Positions 26,601 to 36,423 of a stretch of 64,000 nt of DNA are shown here, one piece after another. Position numbers and translations under genes: made by a program. This DNA comes from a virus: the IMG/VR virus record IMGVR_UViG_3300029404_000062. One strand, given 5' to 3'. Within the stretch, counting starts at the first letter, position 1. The number at the start of each line of letters is the position of its first letter. The notes below the pieces were generated by a model. It made no database searches and was not told where the DNA came from. It saw only the letters and a list, made by a program, of their open reading frames with translations.

Positions 26601-26975
26601 TGCAACTGCACTGTTCGCTGCATCGACTTTCTGAGTGATATCCGCTACATCCTGTGCGGTCATCTTGCGCAGGACTGCCACATCTGATGCAGTATCTGTA
26701 CGAAGCTGCTCTACATCTGCCGCAGTATCCTTGCGGAACTGCTCCACTTCTTCTGCCGTATTCTGACGGTACAGAGCCATCTGCTCCGAGAACCGGGAAC
26801 ACATCGCCCAGTATTCCTCCTGAGACAAAAGCGTTCCGACCGGCACAGGTTTCCGGCTCATATAGCTGTCGCCAGTGGATTCCTCATACACAATGGTAAG
26901 AGGCTCATATTCTTTTGCTTTGTCCCAGACACCATCATGGCGAGGGACGATTCGGTTGCCGATATATTCCGACAT
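23670..26975 (-). CDS. Tail fibre/receptor-binding protein 2 (~1100 aa) with C-terminal SGNH/GDSL hydrolase domain.
   Basis: MSEYIGNRIVPRHDGVWD N-terminus paralogous to fibre 1. C-terminal ICICGDSLVDNGS ... GTNDVSQG (GDSL blocks I and III). Confidence 0.7.
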   Translation of the reverse strand: MSEYIGNRIVPRHDGVWDKAKEYEPLTIVYEESTGDSYMSRKPVPVGTLLSQEEYWAMCSRFSEQMALYRQNTAEEVEQFRKDTAADVEQLRTDTASDVAVLRKMTAQDVADITQKVDAANSAVAASKSEMDKTAETLKAQINANVKASTDKNANYAQELVDARVDDEGKTYPTAGDNIRAVGRVRSMQNIMKNWVIKNGYANQNGNLVASESWRVAHMVPVSGDAILVDGQFGYMSGRDDYNNVVCYDMDRKFLGGCFRAESGKVYDNYVITLLPNTRFISVTTNEKLFSKLSVYLYDNMLPMRLLSNYATGWQWMNGSVDIRFTGSKVTVTFPEGKSVYVCRRTNGTQYEQTKLVAENSTSFDFAVVGKWWAIYYDGAEASANETGEKTEVPVIKVENTSGDSWGDLFTKGRFVFAVFFDWNVVYAAPSSSGTVINGIDYGNPAKIANTAMTWHKYRSAKMFLATGQFAIDRVNRTIQVTKRILAVVDNGAYYWISASEEPVPMLDSTEAEKHHMLILAYDSSIDQINLYNTAQFRALGVNGYYIAAWYENHFWYPHMGSSFSIVLDGTTYKAGELFDEERRDSYIEKKYEDRFQQLRTDLAGKDSRHMYLASGGITIDQDGGTIQVSTKCLGVPDTFHYEWIMAGDPVEMAFNTPSSTFGMPMRILAYDAGTKTINLYDTSLFRKLGTNGFYIASWYQSKLYNPHIHPDVKFIVGGKEYKAGDLFADNAASFIPKRITDYVQKAITPAVEDDIVTPSHWDCMEGRQLSIFFDCLSRHDGKENLYVLARGTNAPSLTRNEYCMNYTPTKDSTDFALTVRRLDEDDCHTVSSKPVQVRVHHKLKDKLTKNICICGDSLVDNGSVATEVYRLLAEDNDCVIHPLGTRGPSGGKHEGRGSWTFARYLADTDYAGKTNAFWDKIKGRLDFQKYCETNGYEGIDYFLIALGTNDVSQGTTLYRTEAEVQKFVDQAKQFIDALLDKETGFPNCKIGIGLCGPGSDYSYQCGSSMGIFHMSINTLNLALIKAFDAGKYHKNVTCFAHGLRTDRRLAFPYSDKPVTNRFTETSRTLTNSIHPSARGYQAWADGYYCQIRAWLTEDSK

Positions 26976-26997
26976 ATTTTCCCCTTTCCCGGCTGCA

Positions 26998-27666
26998 TCA
27001 GCCGTTTGCAAACTCTACGATCAAGCGTCCGTCACCATCCATTGAAAAGATGAGCTTCAGACCATCCTCGGTGGTGAAGGCAAGATAACCGTCATCCGTA
27101 ACCGTACAGTTCAAAAGATTTTCGATGAATTTCTGGATGGTGCTGGATTCCGACTTGTCACTGAAGCCGAGTCCATCCTCCGACACAACGGCAAAATAGC
27201 CATCATCCGTGATATACACTTCCAGCAGTCCCTTGCGGATGGCTTCCACCACGCCAGCGTAGGTATAAGTGGCGATCTTGCCGTTGTTGATGGCTGCCCG
27301 CTCCACCTTCAATGTGAGAGAGAACGACCCAAGGACATCCCCTGCTGCGCTGAGCATAACAACATCCAGCGGAAACCGCCCGGCCTGTGCGGTCATGAAG
27401 GTCGTGATTGTAAAGACGACCGCCCCATTTTCAACAAACACAAGGTCGGATGCCGTCTCGCTGGTGTAATGAAAGATCGTGCCGTCCGGTCTGGTGCCGG
27501 AACAGGCAACAATGCAGTCCTGCGGTACAGAATACTGTACCGAGTTGTTATACAGGACACATCTGACTTTCCGTGCCCTGTTATCATATTGTTTGACCGG
27601 AACTGTCACTGGAATGAGATTTTCCGTCAGCGACAGTTCCACTTCCTGATAAATGCTTGTGATCAT
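26998..27666 (-). CDS. Phage tail/baseplate structural protein (BppU-like), hypothetical.
   Basis: Position between Tal and the fibres. 222 aa with no enzymatic motifs. Confidence 0.35.
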   Translation of the reverse strand: MITSIYQEVELSLTENLIPVTVPVKQYDNRARKVRCVLYNNSVQYSVPQDCIVACSGTRPDGTIFHYTSETASDLVFVENGAVVFTITTFMTAQAGRFPLDVVMLSAAGDVLGSFSLTLKVERAAINNGKIATYTYAGVVEAIRKGLLEVYITDDGYFAVVSEDGLGFSDKSESSTIQKFIENLLNCTVTDDGYLAFTTEDGLKLIFSMDGDGRLIVEFANG

Positions 27667-29630
27667 TATGCGCTCCCTCCTTCCTGATCGGTCTTCTTAT
27701 CATCTGTTTCTTCTTTGCCCCCATTATCTTTTTCTTCGGTGTCCTGGTTCTCCGGCTCCGGCTTTTCCGGTTCCGTCGGTGTGGTCGGTTCCGTTGGTTG
27801 TTCCGGCTCATGGCCGATGGTCTGCCACTGTTCTCCATCCCAGAGCTTTAACCGCAGGTTCTTCTTATCAACCCAGAGCATATCTGCCGCCGGGGCCACC
27901 GGCGCATTTTCCGACACCGGGATGCTGGGCTGGTACTTTTCATCCAGTTCTTTTTCGACATCTTCCGACAGCTTCTTCGCCACACTGTATCTCTCATCCA
28001 ACTCCTTCTGCAGATCTTCTGAGATTTCTGTTAGGGTGCCATACCGCTTATCCAGTTCCTCATACAGCTCTTTAGACAGCTTCTTTGCCGTTTCGTACCG
28101 CTGGTCGAGCGTTTTCTGAAGCTCGGCAGAGATGGCGGTCGCTGTTTTGTACCGTTCATCCAGTTCCTTCAGCAGCTCCTCGGAAAGCTCCGTGGCTTTC
28201 TTATAGCGGTCATCCAGTTCTTTGAGGGTCTGTTCCAGTAGGATCGCTGTCCTGACTGCGGTGTCATCCGCCTCCCAGCCATATCCCCACGTCTTACCGG
28301 CATCCGTGGATACAAACAACCCGGCAGCGCTGTTCTTCCATGCGACCGTTGACTGTTTCAAAGTCGCCGCATTGAATGCATACCGGGTCGTATTTCCCTT
28401 ACTGTCAGTTTCATTTTTATAATGCAGTCCAAACAGCGCAGCAAAAAGCGCACCGTCATAAATAATGGATGCTGTGATCCCACCGACCTGCTCTCCCACT
28501 GCTGTCTCCGCACGGACTGCCGTATCATAGGCAATCGTTGCTGTATTCCGGATGCTATTGAGCGAACCGGTCAGAGAAGAATTCCGGCTGCTGACTGTGG
28601 AGTTCGACAGCGTAATGCTGTTATAGCGTTCCAGCAGCGCATCATACTCGGTTTCCGTGACTTTGGAACTGATTTCGATTCCCAGCTTTGAGATAAACAC
28701 ATGGACCGTATCGCAAAGGGAGACTCGCTCTGCTTCCACGATGTCCTCGTATCCCGGTGTATTCCAGAGCTGTAAGAAGTCGATCTTGATGTCGATTTCC
28801 GGCTCCGTTAAGTCCGTGGTGTCGATATAGTTCTGTGCATATTCCCGGAGTGCCGTCTCACTCGGCTTTTCCTGAAAATTGCTGGTACAGTCCAGCACGG
28901 TGACCTTCTGGTAAGGAATTGACCGCTTGCTTTGCAGCACCACCTTCTCCGGCAGCTCCATGACCGCCTGGGTTTCATTATCCACCCAGTACGGATGCAC
29001 ACCAGTGATCGTGTTCTCGATGGATTTCTCCATCTTGAAGTCTGTCAGGTTCTTCCCGTAGATGATGTGGACATTGTGATCCGCACCTCTGGTTTTATGA
29101 AACTTGACCGTGTAGCGATCCCACTCAAATTCACCGCCGAAGGTATCCAGCACGGAAGCATCCATGCCGCCCAGACAGTTACGGAAGGACGATGGAACGC
29201 CCAGCGTAAAGGTTGCACTGGATTCCACATTCGTCCAGACATTAAACGGACAGTCGAAAGCCGCATGGCTTTTCAGCCCCTGCATTGCCCCGCCACATCC
29301 GGTCACTGAAAATGGTGATACCGTGATAAAGTTGAGCTGGTAGGAAATATGCCGTGCCTGCACTTCCAGCTTGCCATCAATAGGGGTCGTGATCTTGTAG
29401 ATGCGGAACGGCTGAGACTGCATGGTATCGGATGGCTTGGCAAGGATGATATTCCCCTCCTCCAGCCTTTCTGCATGGATGCCATCTGCCGGACAGACCA
29501 GCTTCAGTTCATAGCTTCCGTTTCTCTTTTCCGTTACAGTACAAGACTGTGCATCTGCCAGCTTTCCGATGCCGTTATGGTCAAATTTCATTTCTCTGGA
29601 ATCATATAAACATGGAATCACTGGCTGCAC
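27666..29630 (-). CDS. Tail-associated lysin/tail tip protein (Tal, prophage tail endopeptidase-like N-terminus) with heptad-like KELDERY repeats and Pro/Glu-rich C-terminus.
   Basis: Location immediately after Dit; size 654 aa. Internal repeats LKELDDRYKKATELSEELLKELDERYKTATAISAELQKTLDQRYETAKKLSKELYEELDKRYGTLTEISEDLQKELDERYSVAKKLSEDVEKELDEKY. Confidence 0.6.
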   Translation of the reverse strand: MQPVIPCLYDSREMKFDHNGIGKLADAQSCTVTEKRNGSYELKLVCPADGIHAERLEEGNIILAKPSDTMQSQPFRIYKITTPIDGKLEVQARHISYQLNFITVSPFSVTGCGGAMQGLKSHAAFDCPFNVWTNVESSATFTLGVPSSFRNCLGGMDASVLDTFGGEFEWDRYTVKFHKTRGADHNVHIIYGKNLTDFKMEKSIENTITGVHPYWVDNETQAVMELPEKVVLQSKRSIPYQKVTVLDCTSNFQEKPSETALREYAQNYIDTTDLTEPEIDIKIDFLQLWNTPGYEDIVEAERVSLCDTVHVFISKLGIEISSKVTETEYDALLERYNSITLSNSTVSSRNSSLTGSLNSIRNTATIAYDTAVRAETAVGEQVGGITASIIYDGALFAALFGLHYKNETDSKGNTTRYAFNAATLKQSTVAWKNSAAGLFVSTDAGKTWGYGWEADDTAVRTAILLEQTLKELDDRYKKATELSEELLKELDERYKTATAISAELQKTLDQRYETAKKLSKELYEELDKRYGTLTEISEDLQKELDERYSVAKKLSEDVEKELDEKYQPSIPVSENAPVAPAADMLWVDKKNLRLKLWDGEQWQTIGHEPEQPTEPTTPTEPEKPEPENQDTEEKDNGGKEETDDKKTDQEGGSA

Positions 29631-29637
29631 CTCCCTT

Positions 29638-30420
29638 TTACAGCGTCCACCAGCGTGGAGTCACCTCCACCGCTGTGATACCGCCTGTCCATGTGATCTG
29701 TGTCTTTCCCTCCGGCAATTCCGGGAAGTCATCCGAAAGGATGGTCTCATTGCAGAAGCCGGAAGCGTTGTAGGCGTTGTGCGTCTCACAGTTGAGCAGC
29801 ACGTAGTCCTTAATACTGTGGATGGTGATCTTCTCCTCACCCACATACAGCTCACCGCCAGAATCTCCGTAGACCTTGAAGATAGGCTGCGCCGGAAATG
29901 CAAATGGGTTCTTCAAAGTTGATCTGCCATCCAACCGGATCGTCCTCTGCCCATCCACGCTCCACCTCTGGGGCTTACAATTGAAGGTCAGTTCCATCTC
30001 AGCGGCTTTCTGGGCGGTGATATCAAATTCCAGAGCATCCTTGCAGACTGCCATCCTGAAGAAATCCGGGTCGTAGGTGTCCTGCAACTTCTGGTAGCCA
30101 ATCGGAGATAACAGCCATGACTTGACCGCAGCTGTCTTGGCTGGCAGACCGTTGAAGAAAAATGCCTTATACTTGATATCCACGTTCTGATATCTGCGCC
30201 TTCCTGTCCTTGCATTCTCGGTGATGATGTCCCCGTTCCTGCCGGGTACGGAGGTACTCTCCACATCTGCAGCCGGGGAATCATATACACCGGGTCCAGA
30301 CAAATATAAAAGGAAGTCTTTGCTGGACTTCCCAGCAAAGGCCAGATACTGTCTGGCGTATCTGCCTTTTAACTGAAACTGTGATACTGTCTGCTTTGGG
30401 GTGTTGTAGCCCATACGCAT
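29638..30420 (-). CDS. Distal tail protein (Dit, siphovirus tail component).
   Basis: 260-aa gene directly downstream of the TMP, the conserved Dit position. Confidence 0.6.
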   Translation of the reverse strand: MRMGYNTPKQTVSQFQLKGRYARQYLAFAGKSSKDFLLYLSGPGVYDSPAADVESTSVPGRNGDIITENARTGRRRYQNVDIKYKAFFFNGLPAKTAAVKSWLLSPIGYQKLQDTYDPDFFRMAVCKDALEFDITAQKAAEMELTFNCKPQRWSVDGQRTIRLDGRSTLKNPFAFPAQPIFKVYGDSGGELYVGEEKITIHSIKDYVLLNCETHNAYNASGFCNETILSDDFPELPEGKTQITWTGGITAVEVTPRWWTL

Positions 30421-30428
30421 CTCCTCCT

Positions 30429-33400
30429 TTACTTGAAGACTGAATCATCCTCGTGGATCATGCCGTTGATCTTATCGGCAACGGTCTGTGCCAGTTCATC
30501 ATCGTTCCGGGCGTTATAGCCATTGACTGTGATATACACACCGCCAAGGTTGGTCGTCCGGGTGGTACCGCCTCCGGCCAGAGCTGTCCGCGGGAAGTTC
30601 CAGCCAGAGCCATCGAAGTGCGGCAGGGTCAGTTCCGGCAGACTGAAGGAACTGATGCCCTCCATACCCTGCTGCACCTTTGCTGCCATCGACTTGATCT
30701 GGCTGATCAGACTGCCTTCTCCTTTCTTGATGCCGCCGGAAAGCAGCTTCATGAAGTCCGGCATATAGGTGTCCGCATCTGCCAGAGGTCCTTCATCCGG
30801 TACCGAGAAGTGCAGGAACGATCGGATACCGCTTGCCACACTCTTGACCGCATTGCCGACCCAGCTGACGCCCTTTTTGATACCTCCGGCGATACCGCCA
30901 ACGATGTCTTTGCCCAAGCTGACCGCCGAGGAAGCCACATTCTTGATACTGCCCCAGATGGACGATGCCACATTGCCGATGGCAGATGCCGCATTGGAGA
31001 TTCCGTTCTTGATGGCATTGACACCGTTCGTGAATACAGAAGTGACCTTGTTCCAAATATTCGTCACACCCTCCCGGAAGCCATCGCAGTTTTTCCAGAG
31101 AGCGGTCAGTCCCAGACCGATGCCGCCAACGGCCGCCACTGCGATACCTGCAGGACCCGCCAGACCAGCAAGTGCTGTGCCTGCGGATGCGAGGAAACCA
31201 CCTGCGGAGCTTGCTACGCCTGCAAGAGCCGTACCCGCACCTGCCGCCAGACCAGATACGGCCGTGCCAACCGAACCGAACAGTCCTGCGATTGCGGAGC
31301 CGGCAGAACCAGCAATTCCGCCCAATGTGGACCCCACACCAGACAGAAGCCCGGAAAGACTGCCGCCTAAACCACCGATCTTCGATACCACACTGGAAAG
31401 CAGTCCGCCCAGATTCGACAGGATTCCACTGCCGCTGGAGCTAAGGCTTCCCAGCTTCGAGATAATGCCAGTGATGCCTTCTCCGAGACCGCCCATCTTG
31501 GAAGTCAACCCAGAGATCAGGTTGCCAAAGTTCGACACAATCTGACCGCCATCTGCACTGCCGATTTTCGACAGGAAACTGCCGATGTTGGACAGCAGAC
31601 CGCCGCCGTTCTCTGTGCCGAGAACATTGCCGAGGTTCTGCATCGTACTTCCAAGGTTTCCAATGGTGTTCTTCATGGAACCGAGCTTGTCCACAAGCCC
31701 CGTGACCGTATTGACCGTGTCACCGACCTTGCTGATGCCGTTGCCCAGGCTCTTTAGGAAATCCGAGTTGAAGGTATCGCCAAGGCTACGGATCGCATTC
31801 CCAAGGGAACTGGTCTGAGAGCTCAGCTCACCAATGGAATCCTTCATATCCGCAAAACCCTGCTTCACTTCATCGCTCATGCCACCGACTGCGGTTTTGG
31901 TGATACCCTGCAGGTCAGTCCAGAGCTGCTGGAACTGTGTTTTCAGACCGGAAAGCCCGGACATCAACTGGGACTGGATACCGCTGCCCACATCCCTTGC
32001 AGCACTACCGATACCGCTCTGACTTTTCTTGATCGTGGTGGCAAAACTGCCGACCACGGAATCCATCCAGTCGCCCAGAGAATCTACCGGGGTCGTGAGG
32101 TTGCTGCTCATAGCCCCAGCAAGTCCCTGCACGGCTTTCACCACCGACTTGACATTTTTCTTAATGCCGGTTGCCAGCAGCTTCATGAAGTCGGGCATAT
32201 AGGTATCTGCATCGGACAGAGGACCCTCGTCTGGTACAGAGAAATGCAACAGACTTCTAACCCTGCTTGCGACATTTTCTGCCGCTGCGATCACGGAACT
32301 AGCCGCTGCCCGGACACCTGCCGCCATCTGGGAACAGATATCTGCACCCCAGCGGTATGCCGAAGAAGCAATCGAACCGAGCGAGTTAAAGCTGCTCCTG
32401 ATACTTGCGACACCAGAAGAAACCGTGCTGCGCAGGCTGGACATTGCCGAAGACACCGTGGACTTGATGCCGTTGAAAGCAGAGGTCGTGGTGGATTTCA
32501 GGGAATTCCAGCCGCTCGTGACCGTACTGCGGACAGCTGTGACAGAAGAAGTCGTAAGAGACTTGATGCTGTTCCATGCTGTCGTAATGACTGTTTTGAT
32601 ACCATTCCAGCTGGTGTTTGTCAGAGTTTTCACTGCGTTCCATGCGCTTGTCATGGAAGATTTTACAGAAGCAGTCGCAGAAGTAGTCAGAGACTTGATT
32701 CCGTTCCATGCTGTAGTGATAACGCTCTTGATTCCGTTCCAGCTGGTCGTTGTCAGCGACTTCACTGCATTCCATGCACTGGTCATGGAAGATTTAACTA
32801 CCGCTGTCGCAGAGGTCACATTGGATCTCACCGCCGCAAAGCTGGTCTGGATGGTGGTCTTGATGCTGTTCCATGTGCTCGTGGTACTGGTCGTAATGGA
32901 GCTCCATGCGGATCTCATCGCGGCACTTACACCTGTCGTTCCGGTCTTCACCGTCTGGCTGATGGCTGCCCAGCTCTTACTGTATGCCTGCTCCACTCCC
33001 CTCATGGAGTTGGTGATGGAGGTAGACAGCGTGGTGGACAGGTTCTCTGCCGCCGCAGTCACAAGGCTGGTGTTGGTCGTGATGCCGTTTGCCAGACCCT
33101 GCATAAAGTCCGGCATCCAGCTTTCCATATCTGCCAGAGGTCCTTCATCCGGCACAGAGAAGTGCAGGAAGGAACGGATACGATCCGCCACTCCCGATAC
33201 GGCACTTGCCACATCCTGAATCCTCGACTGGATACCGGACACAATGTTGCCGATCATGTCAGAGCCCCACGAAAATGCCTGTCCAGCCAGACCCTTGATA
33301 AAGGAGACCGCACTGTTAAAGCCATTCGTGATGGTGGTCTTAATACCGGAAATCGTAGAGGAAATCCCGGATTTCATCGAGTTAAAGGCTGTGGTTGCCG

Positions 33401-36383
33401 CGCTCTTGATGCTGTTACTGAGGGACGAAACCGTAGACTTCATGGCATTCCAGCCGGAGGAAACCACCGATTTGATGCTGTTAACCACACCGGAGATCTT
33501 GCTGCTGATGGCGCTCCAGATGGAAGAAACCGTGGACTGGATCGCAGAAAGGACTGTCGAAATGACCGTCTTGATCGCATTCCATGCCGTACTCATCCTG
33601 GTTTGGATGCCAGTCAGCAGCGGAGACAGGAAGGATACAATGGCGTTCCACACCGTTGTCACTGCAGTCTGGATTGCTGTCAGCACCGTGGAGATAGCCG
33701 TCTGAATCGCTGACCAAACTGTAGAAAAAGTCGTCTGCAATCCAGTCAGCATCGGAGTCACGAAGGCAACGATGGCGTTCCAGATGGAAGTGATCTTCGT
33801 CTGAATTGCGGTCAGTGCTGCGCCGATCAGGATCTGGATCACCTGCCAGATAGTCTCAAACAGATATTTGAACGCATCCAACAGAGGTTTCATGGTGTTG
33901 TAGATGCCATTCCACACCGAAGTGATAGTCGTGCTGATGGTGTTCATGACCGTAGAGATCGCGGTCGAGATTGCCGTCCACACAGTTGTCACCGTGGTAT
34001 GGATTGTATTCATCACAGAAGAAACTGCTGTGGAAATGGCAGTCCAGATGGTGCTGAAGGTCGTCTGGATACTCGTAAGGACGGTGGTGAAAAATCCAGA
34101 CACTGCTGTAAATACAGTCGTTGCTACACTTTGGATAGCGGAAACTGTGTTTGAAAAGAAGCTGCTGATTCCACTCCACACAGTCTCGAAGAAGCTCTTG
34201 ATACTGCCCCAGACCGTCTGCCAGTCCGTACCGAACAGCCCAAGGAACACATCCAGCGCACTCTTCAGAGCAGTAAGGGTCATGGAGAAAATGGACTTCA
34301 CGCCATCCCAGATGCTGGAAAAGATACCCTTTACCGCTTCCCATGCGCCGCTCCAGTTGCTGGAGAACACATTGGAAAAGACATCAAACAAGCCGAGCAG
34401 CGTATCCAGAGCCGTACTCAATACCGTAGCCACAATCTGGAATGCTCCCTCAAACAGCGGTGCAAGCACCTGACAGAAGCCATCCCAGACTGCTTTCAGT
34501 ACCTCAGTTACATCCTTAAAATCAAAGCCCAGCCCGTTGATCCGCTGTATCAGCTGATCACAGAAGCCTTTCACCTTGGAAACGATGTCGTTCCAGATGC
34601 CGGTAATGGCAGCACGGAACTCCTCGTTGGTGTTCCAGAGATTCATAAAAGCCGCCACCAGCGTACCGATGACGGCCACTACAGCTACGACCGGCCCGGA
34701 CAGACCACCCAGAACCACACCCAGCTTGCTGAACACACCGCTGGCACTTCCCACGTGGGTGATGAGAAGCCGGACACCCTTTGCAAGAGAACTGAACCCC
34801 CGCATCGCGGTGCCGACGGTCGATATGGTCTTGCCCAGCACAATGAGCAGCGGACCAATGGATGCCGCCAGCAGCCCGATCTTGATGATCGTTTCCCTGG
34901 TACTTTCATCCATACTGTTCAGCTTGTCCACGAACTGCTGCACGGCAGATACGATCTTACGGATGGTCGGCATCAGGATATCACCAAAAGAAATGGCCAG
35001 CTCTTCCAACTGAGATTTCAGAATGGTGAGCTGACCATTTAAATTGTCCTGCATGGTCTCTGCCATGCTTTCGGATGCACCATCGCAGTTTTCAATGGCT
35101 CCACGCAGTTTGTTGATGTCCGTTTCGCTGGAATTCATCAAGGCAAGGAATCCGGACATAGCATTTTTGCCGACCAGTGCCTCAGCGTTGGCGGCCTTCT
35201 CAGATTCCGACAGCCCGGAAAATGCCACACGGCAGTCCGCAAGGATGTCGTTCAGGCTTCTCATGCTGCCATCTGCGTTGCTGGTCGCAATCGTGACCTC
35301 ACCAATGTTTTTACCCACAAAGGTCACTTCACCGGAAAGGTTGTTCATGATGGTACGAAGGGACGTACCAGCCTGCGAAGCCTTGATACCACTATTTGCC
35401 ATCAGACCGATGGCTTCTGCGGTATCCTCTGCCGAGAATCCCAGCGCACCGGCGATAGGTGCACAGTACTTGAACGTCTCGCCCATCATGGAGACATTGG
35501 TGTTCGCATTGGAAGAAGCAGCTGCAAGGATATCTGCAAAATGCCCGGAATCCGCAGCAGATAAGCCGAACGCGGTAAGGGCATCCGTGACGATATCCGA
35601 AGTCGTAGCGAGGTCTTCACCGGATGCCGCCGCAAGGTTCATGATACCCTCGATGCCGTTCAGCATGTCAGAAGTCTTCCATCCGGCCATGGCCATGTAT
35701 TCCATCGCCGAAGCTGCCTCGGATGCAGAGAACTTGGTCTTTGCACCCATCTCACGGGCTTTTGCACGAAGCTGGTCAAAGTCATCTCCTGTCGCACCGG
35801 AAATGGCAGAAACCTTACTCATCTCGGAATCAAAATCTGCTGCTGTCTTTACTGCGGCCGTACCAAGACCCGTTACAGCGGCAGTCACCGGCAGGAACTT
35901 CTTACCAACATTCTCCACAGAAGATCCGATGTTCTGGAGCTTTTCTCCGGCTTCATCGATTTTGGCAAGAGTCGCATTGGTAGTAGCCGCCTGGTCCTGT
36001 AAGGATCGCAGATTCTGTTCGGTCTCCACGATCTCACGCTGGAGGGCATCGTACTGCTGCTGGGTGATCTCACCGTTGGCAAGCTGCTCATTCGCCTGCT
36101 GTGCCGCAGTCTTCAGAGTTGCCAGCTTTTCCTTGGTAGCTTCAATGGCATCCTTAAGCATCTTCTGCTTCTGGACGACCAGTTCTGTATTGGAGGGGTC
36201 CAGTTTCAGGAGTTTGTTGACATCCTTCAGTCCGGACTGCGTCCCCTTGATTGACTTGTTTACACTTTCCAGTGCTTTGGAGAGCTTTGTGGTATCGCCG
36301 CCGATCTCAACGGTGATGCCCTGGATTCTGGATGCCATATGGATGACCACCTCCTTTTGGGCATGAAAAAAGCCCATCTGCAC
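30429..36383 (-). CDS. Tape measure protein, 1984 aa, with extensive internal degenerate repeats.
   Basis: Size, position after the G/GT chaperones, coiled-coil N-terminus, Gly-rich segments, and repeats of ...TIWTAISTAVSSVMNTI... type. Confidence 0.85.
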   Translation of the reverse strand: MQMGFFHAQKEVVIHMASRIQGITVEIGGDTTKLSKALESVNKSIKGTQSGLKDVNKLLKLDPSNTELVVQKQKMLKDAIEATKEKLATLKTAAQQANEQLANGEITQQQYDALQREIVETEQNLRSLQDQAATTNATLAKIDEAGEKLQNIGSSVENVGKKFLPVTAAVTGLGTAAVKTAADFDSEMSKVSAISGATGDDFDQLRAKAREMGAKTKFSASEAASAMEYMAMAGWKTSDMLNGIEGIMNLAAASGEDLATTSDIVTDALTAFGLSAADSGHFADILAAASSNANTNVSMMGETFKYCAPIAGALGFSAEDTAEAIGLMANSGIKASQAGTSLRTIMNNLSGEVTFVGKNIGEVTIATSNADGSMRSLNDILADCRVAFSGLSESEKAANAEALVGKNAMSGFLALMNSSETDINKLRGAIENCDGASESMAETMQDNLNGQLTILKSQLEELAISFGDILMPTIRKIVSAVQQFVDKLNSMDESTRETIIKIGLLAASIGPLLIVLGKTISTVGTAMRGFSSLAKGVRLLITHVGSASGVFSKLGVVLGGLSGPVVAVVAVIGTLVAAFMNLWNTNEEFRAAITGIWNDIVSKVKGFCDQLIQRINGLGFDFKDVTEVLKAVWDGFCQVLAPLFEGAFQIVATVLSTALDTLLGLFDVFSNVFSSNWSGAWEAVKGIFSSIWDGVKSIFSMTLTALKSALDVFLGLFGTDWQTVWGSIKSFFETVWSGISSFFSNTVSAIQSVATTVFTAVSGFFTTVLTSIQTTFSTIWTAISTAVSSVMNTIHTTVTTVWTAISTAISTVMNTISTTITSVWNGIYNTMKPLLDAFKYLFETIWQVIQILIGAALTAIQTKITSIWNAIVAFVTPMLTGLQTTFSTVWSAIQTAISTVLTAIQTAVTTVWNAIVSFLSPLLTGIQTRMSTAWNAIKTVISTVLSAIQSTVSSIWSAISSKISGVVNSIKSVVSSGWNAMKSTVSSLSNSIKSAATTAFNSMKSGISSTISGIKTTITNGFNSAVSFIKGLAGQAFSWGSDMIGNIVSGIQSRIQDVASAVSGVADRIRSFLHFSVPDEGPLADMESWMPDFMQGLANGITTNTSLVTAAAENLSTTLSTSITNSMRGVEQAYSKSWAAISQTVKTGTTGVSAAMRSAWSSITTSTTSTWNSIKTTIQTSFAAVRSNVTSATAVVKSSMTSAWNAVKSLTTTSWNGIKSVITTAWNGIKSLTTSATASVKSSMTSAWNAVKTLTNTSWNGIKTVITTAWNSIKSLTTSSVTAVRSTVTSGWNSLKSTTTSAFNGIKSTVSSAMSSLRSTVSSGVASIRSSFNSLGSIASSAYRWGADICSQMAAGVRAAASSVIAAAENVASRVRSLLHFSVPDEGPLSDADTYMPDFMKLLATGIKKNVKSVVKAVQGLAGAMSSNLTTPVDSLGDWMDSVVGSFATTIKKSQSGIGSAARDVGSGIQSQLMSGLSGLKTQFQQLWTDLQGITKTAVGGMSDEVKQGFADMKDSIGELSSQTSSLGNAIRSLGDTFNSDFLKSLGNGISKVGDTVNTVTGLVDKLGSMKNTIGNLGSTMQNLGNVLGTENGGGLLSNIGSFLSKIGSADGGQIVSNFGNLISGLTSKMGGLGEGITGIISKLGSLSSSGSGILSNLGGLLSSVVSKIGGLGGSLSGLLSGVGSTLGGIAGSAGSAIAGLFGSVGTAVSGLAAGAGTALAGVASSAGGFLASAGTALAGLAGPAGIAVAAVGGIGLGLTALWKNCDGFREGVTNIWNKVTSVFTNGVNAIKNGISNAASAIGNVASSIWGSIKNVASSAVSLGKDIVGGIAGGIKKGVSWVGNAVKSVASGIRSFLHFSVPDEGPLADADTYMPDFMKLLSGGIKKGEGSLISQIKSMAAKVQQGMEGISSFSLPELTLPHFDGSGWNFPRTALAGGGTTRTTNLGGVYITVNGYNARNDDELAQTVADKINGMIHEDDSVFK

Positions 36384-36423
36384 GGAGCAGACAGGCTAAA
36401 AATGGGTATAAAAATACCCTGCC

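Noticed and set aside
32244-33713. 489-aa ORF (and 35044-36366, 440 aa) inside the tape measure gene
   Set aside because: Antisense or off-frame ORFs in the repetitive TMP region. Arg/Cys/His-rich low-complexity products.
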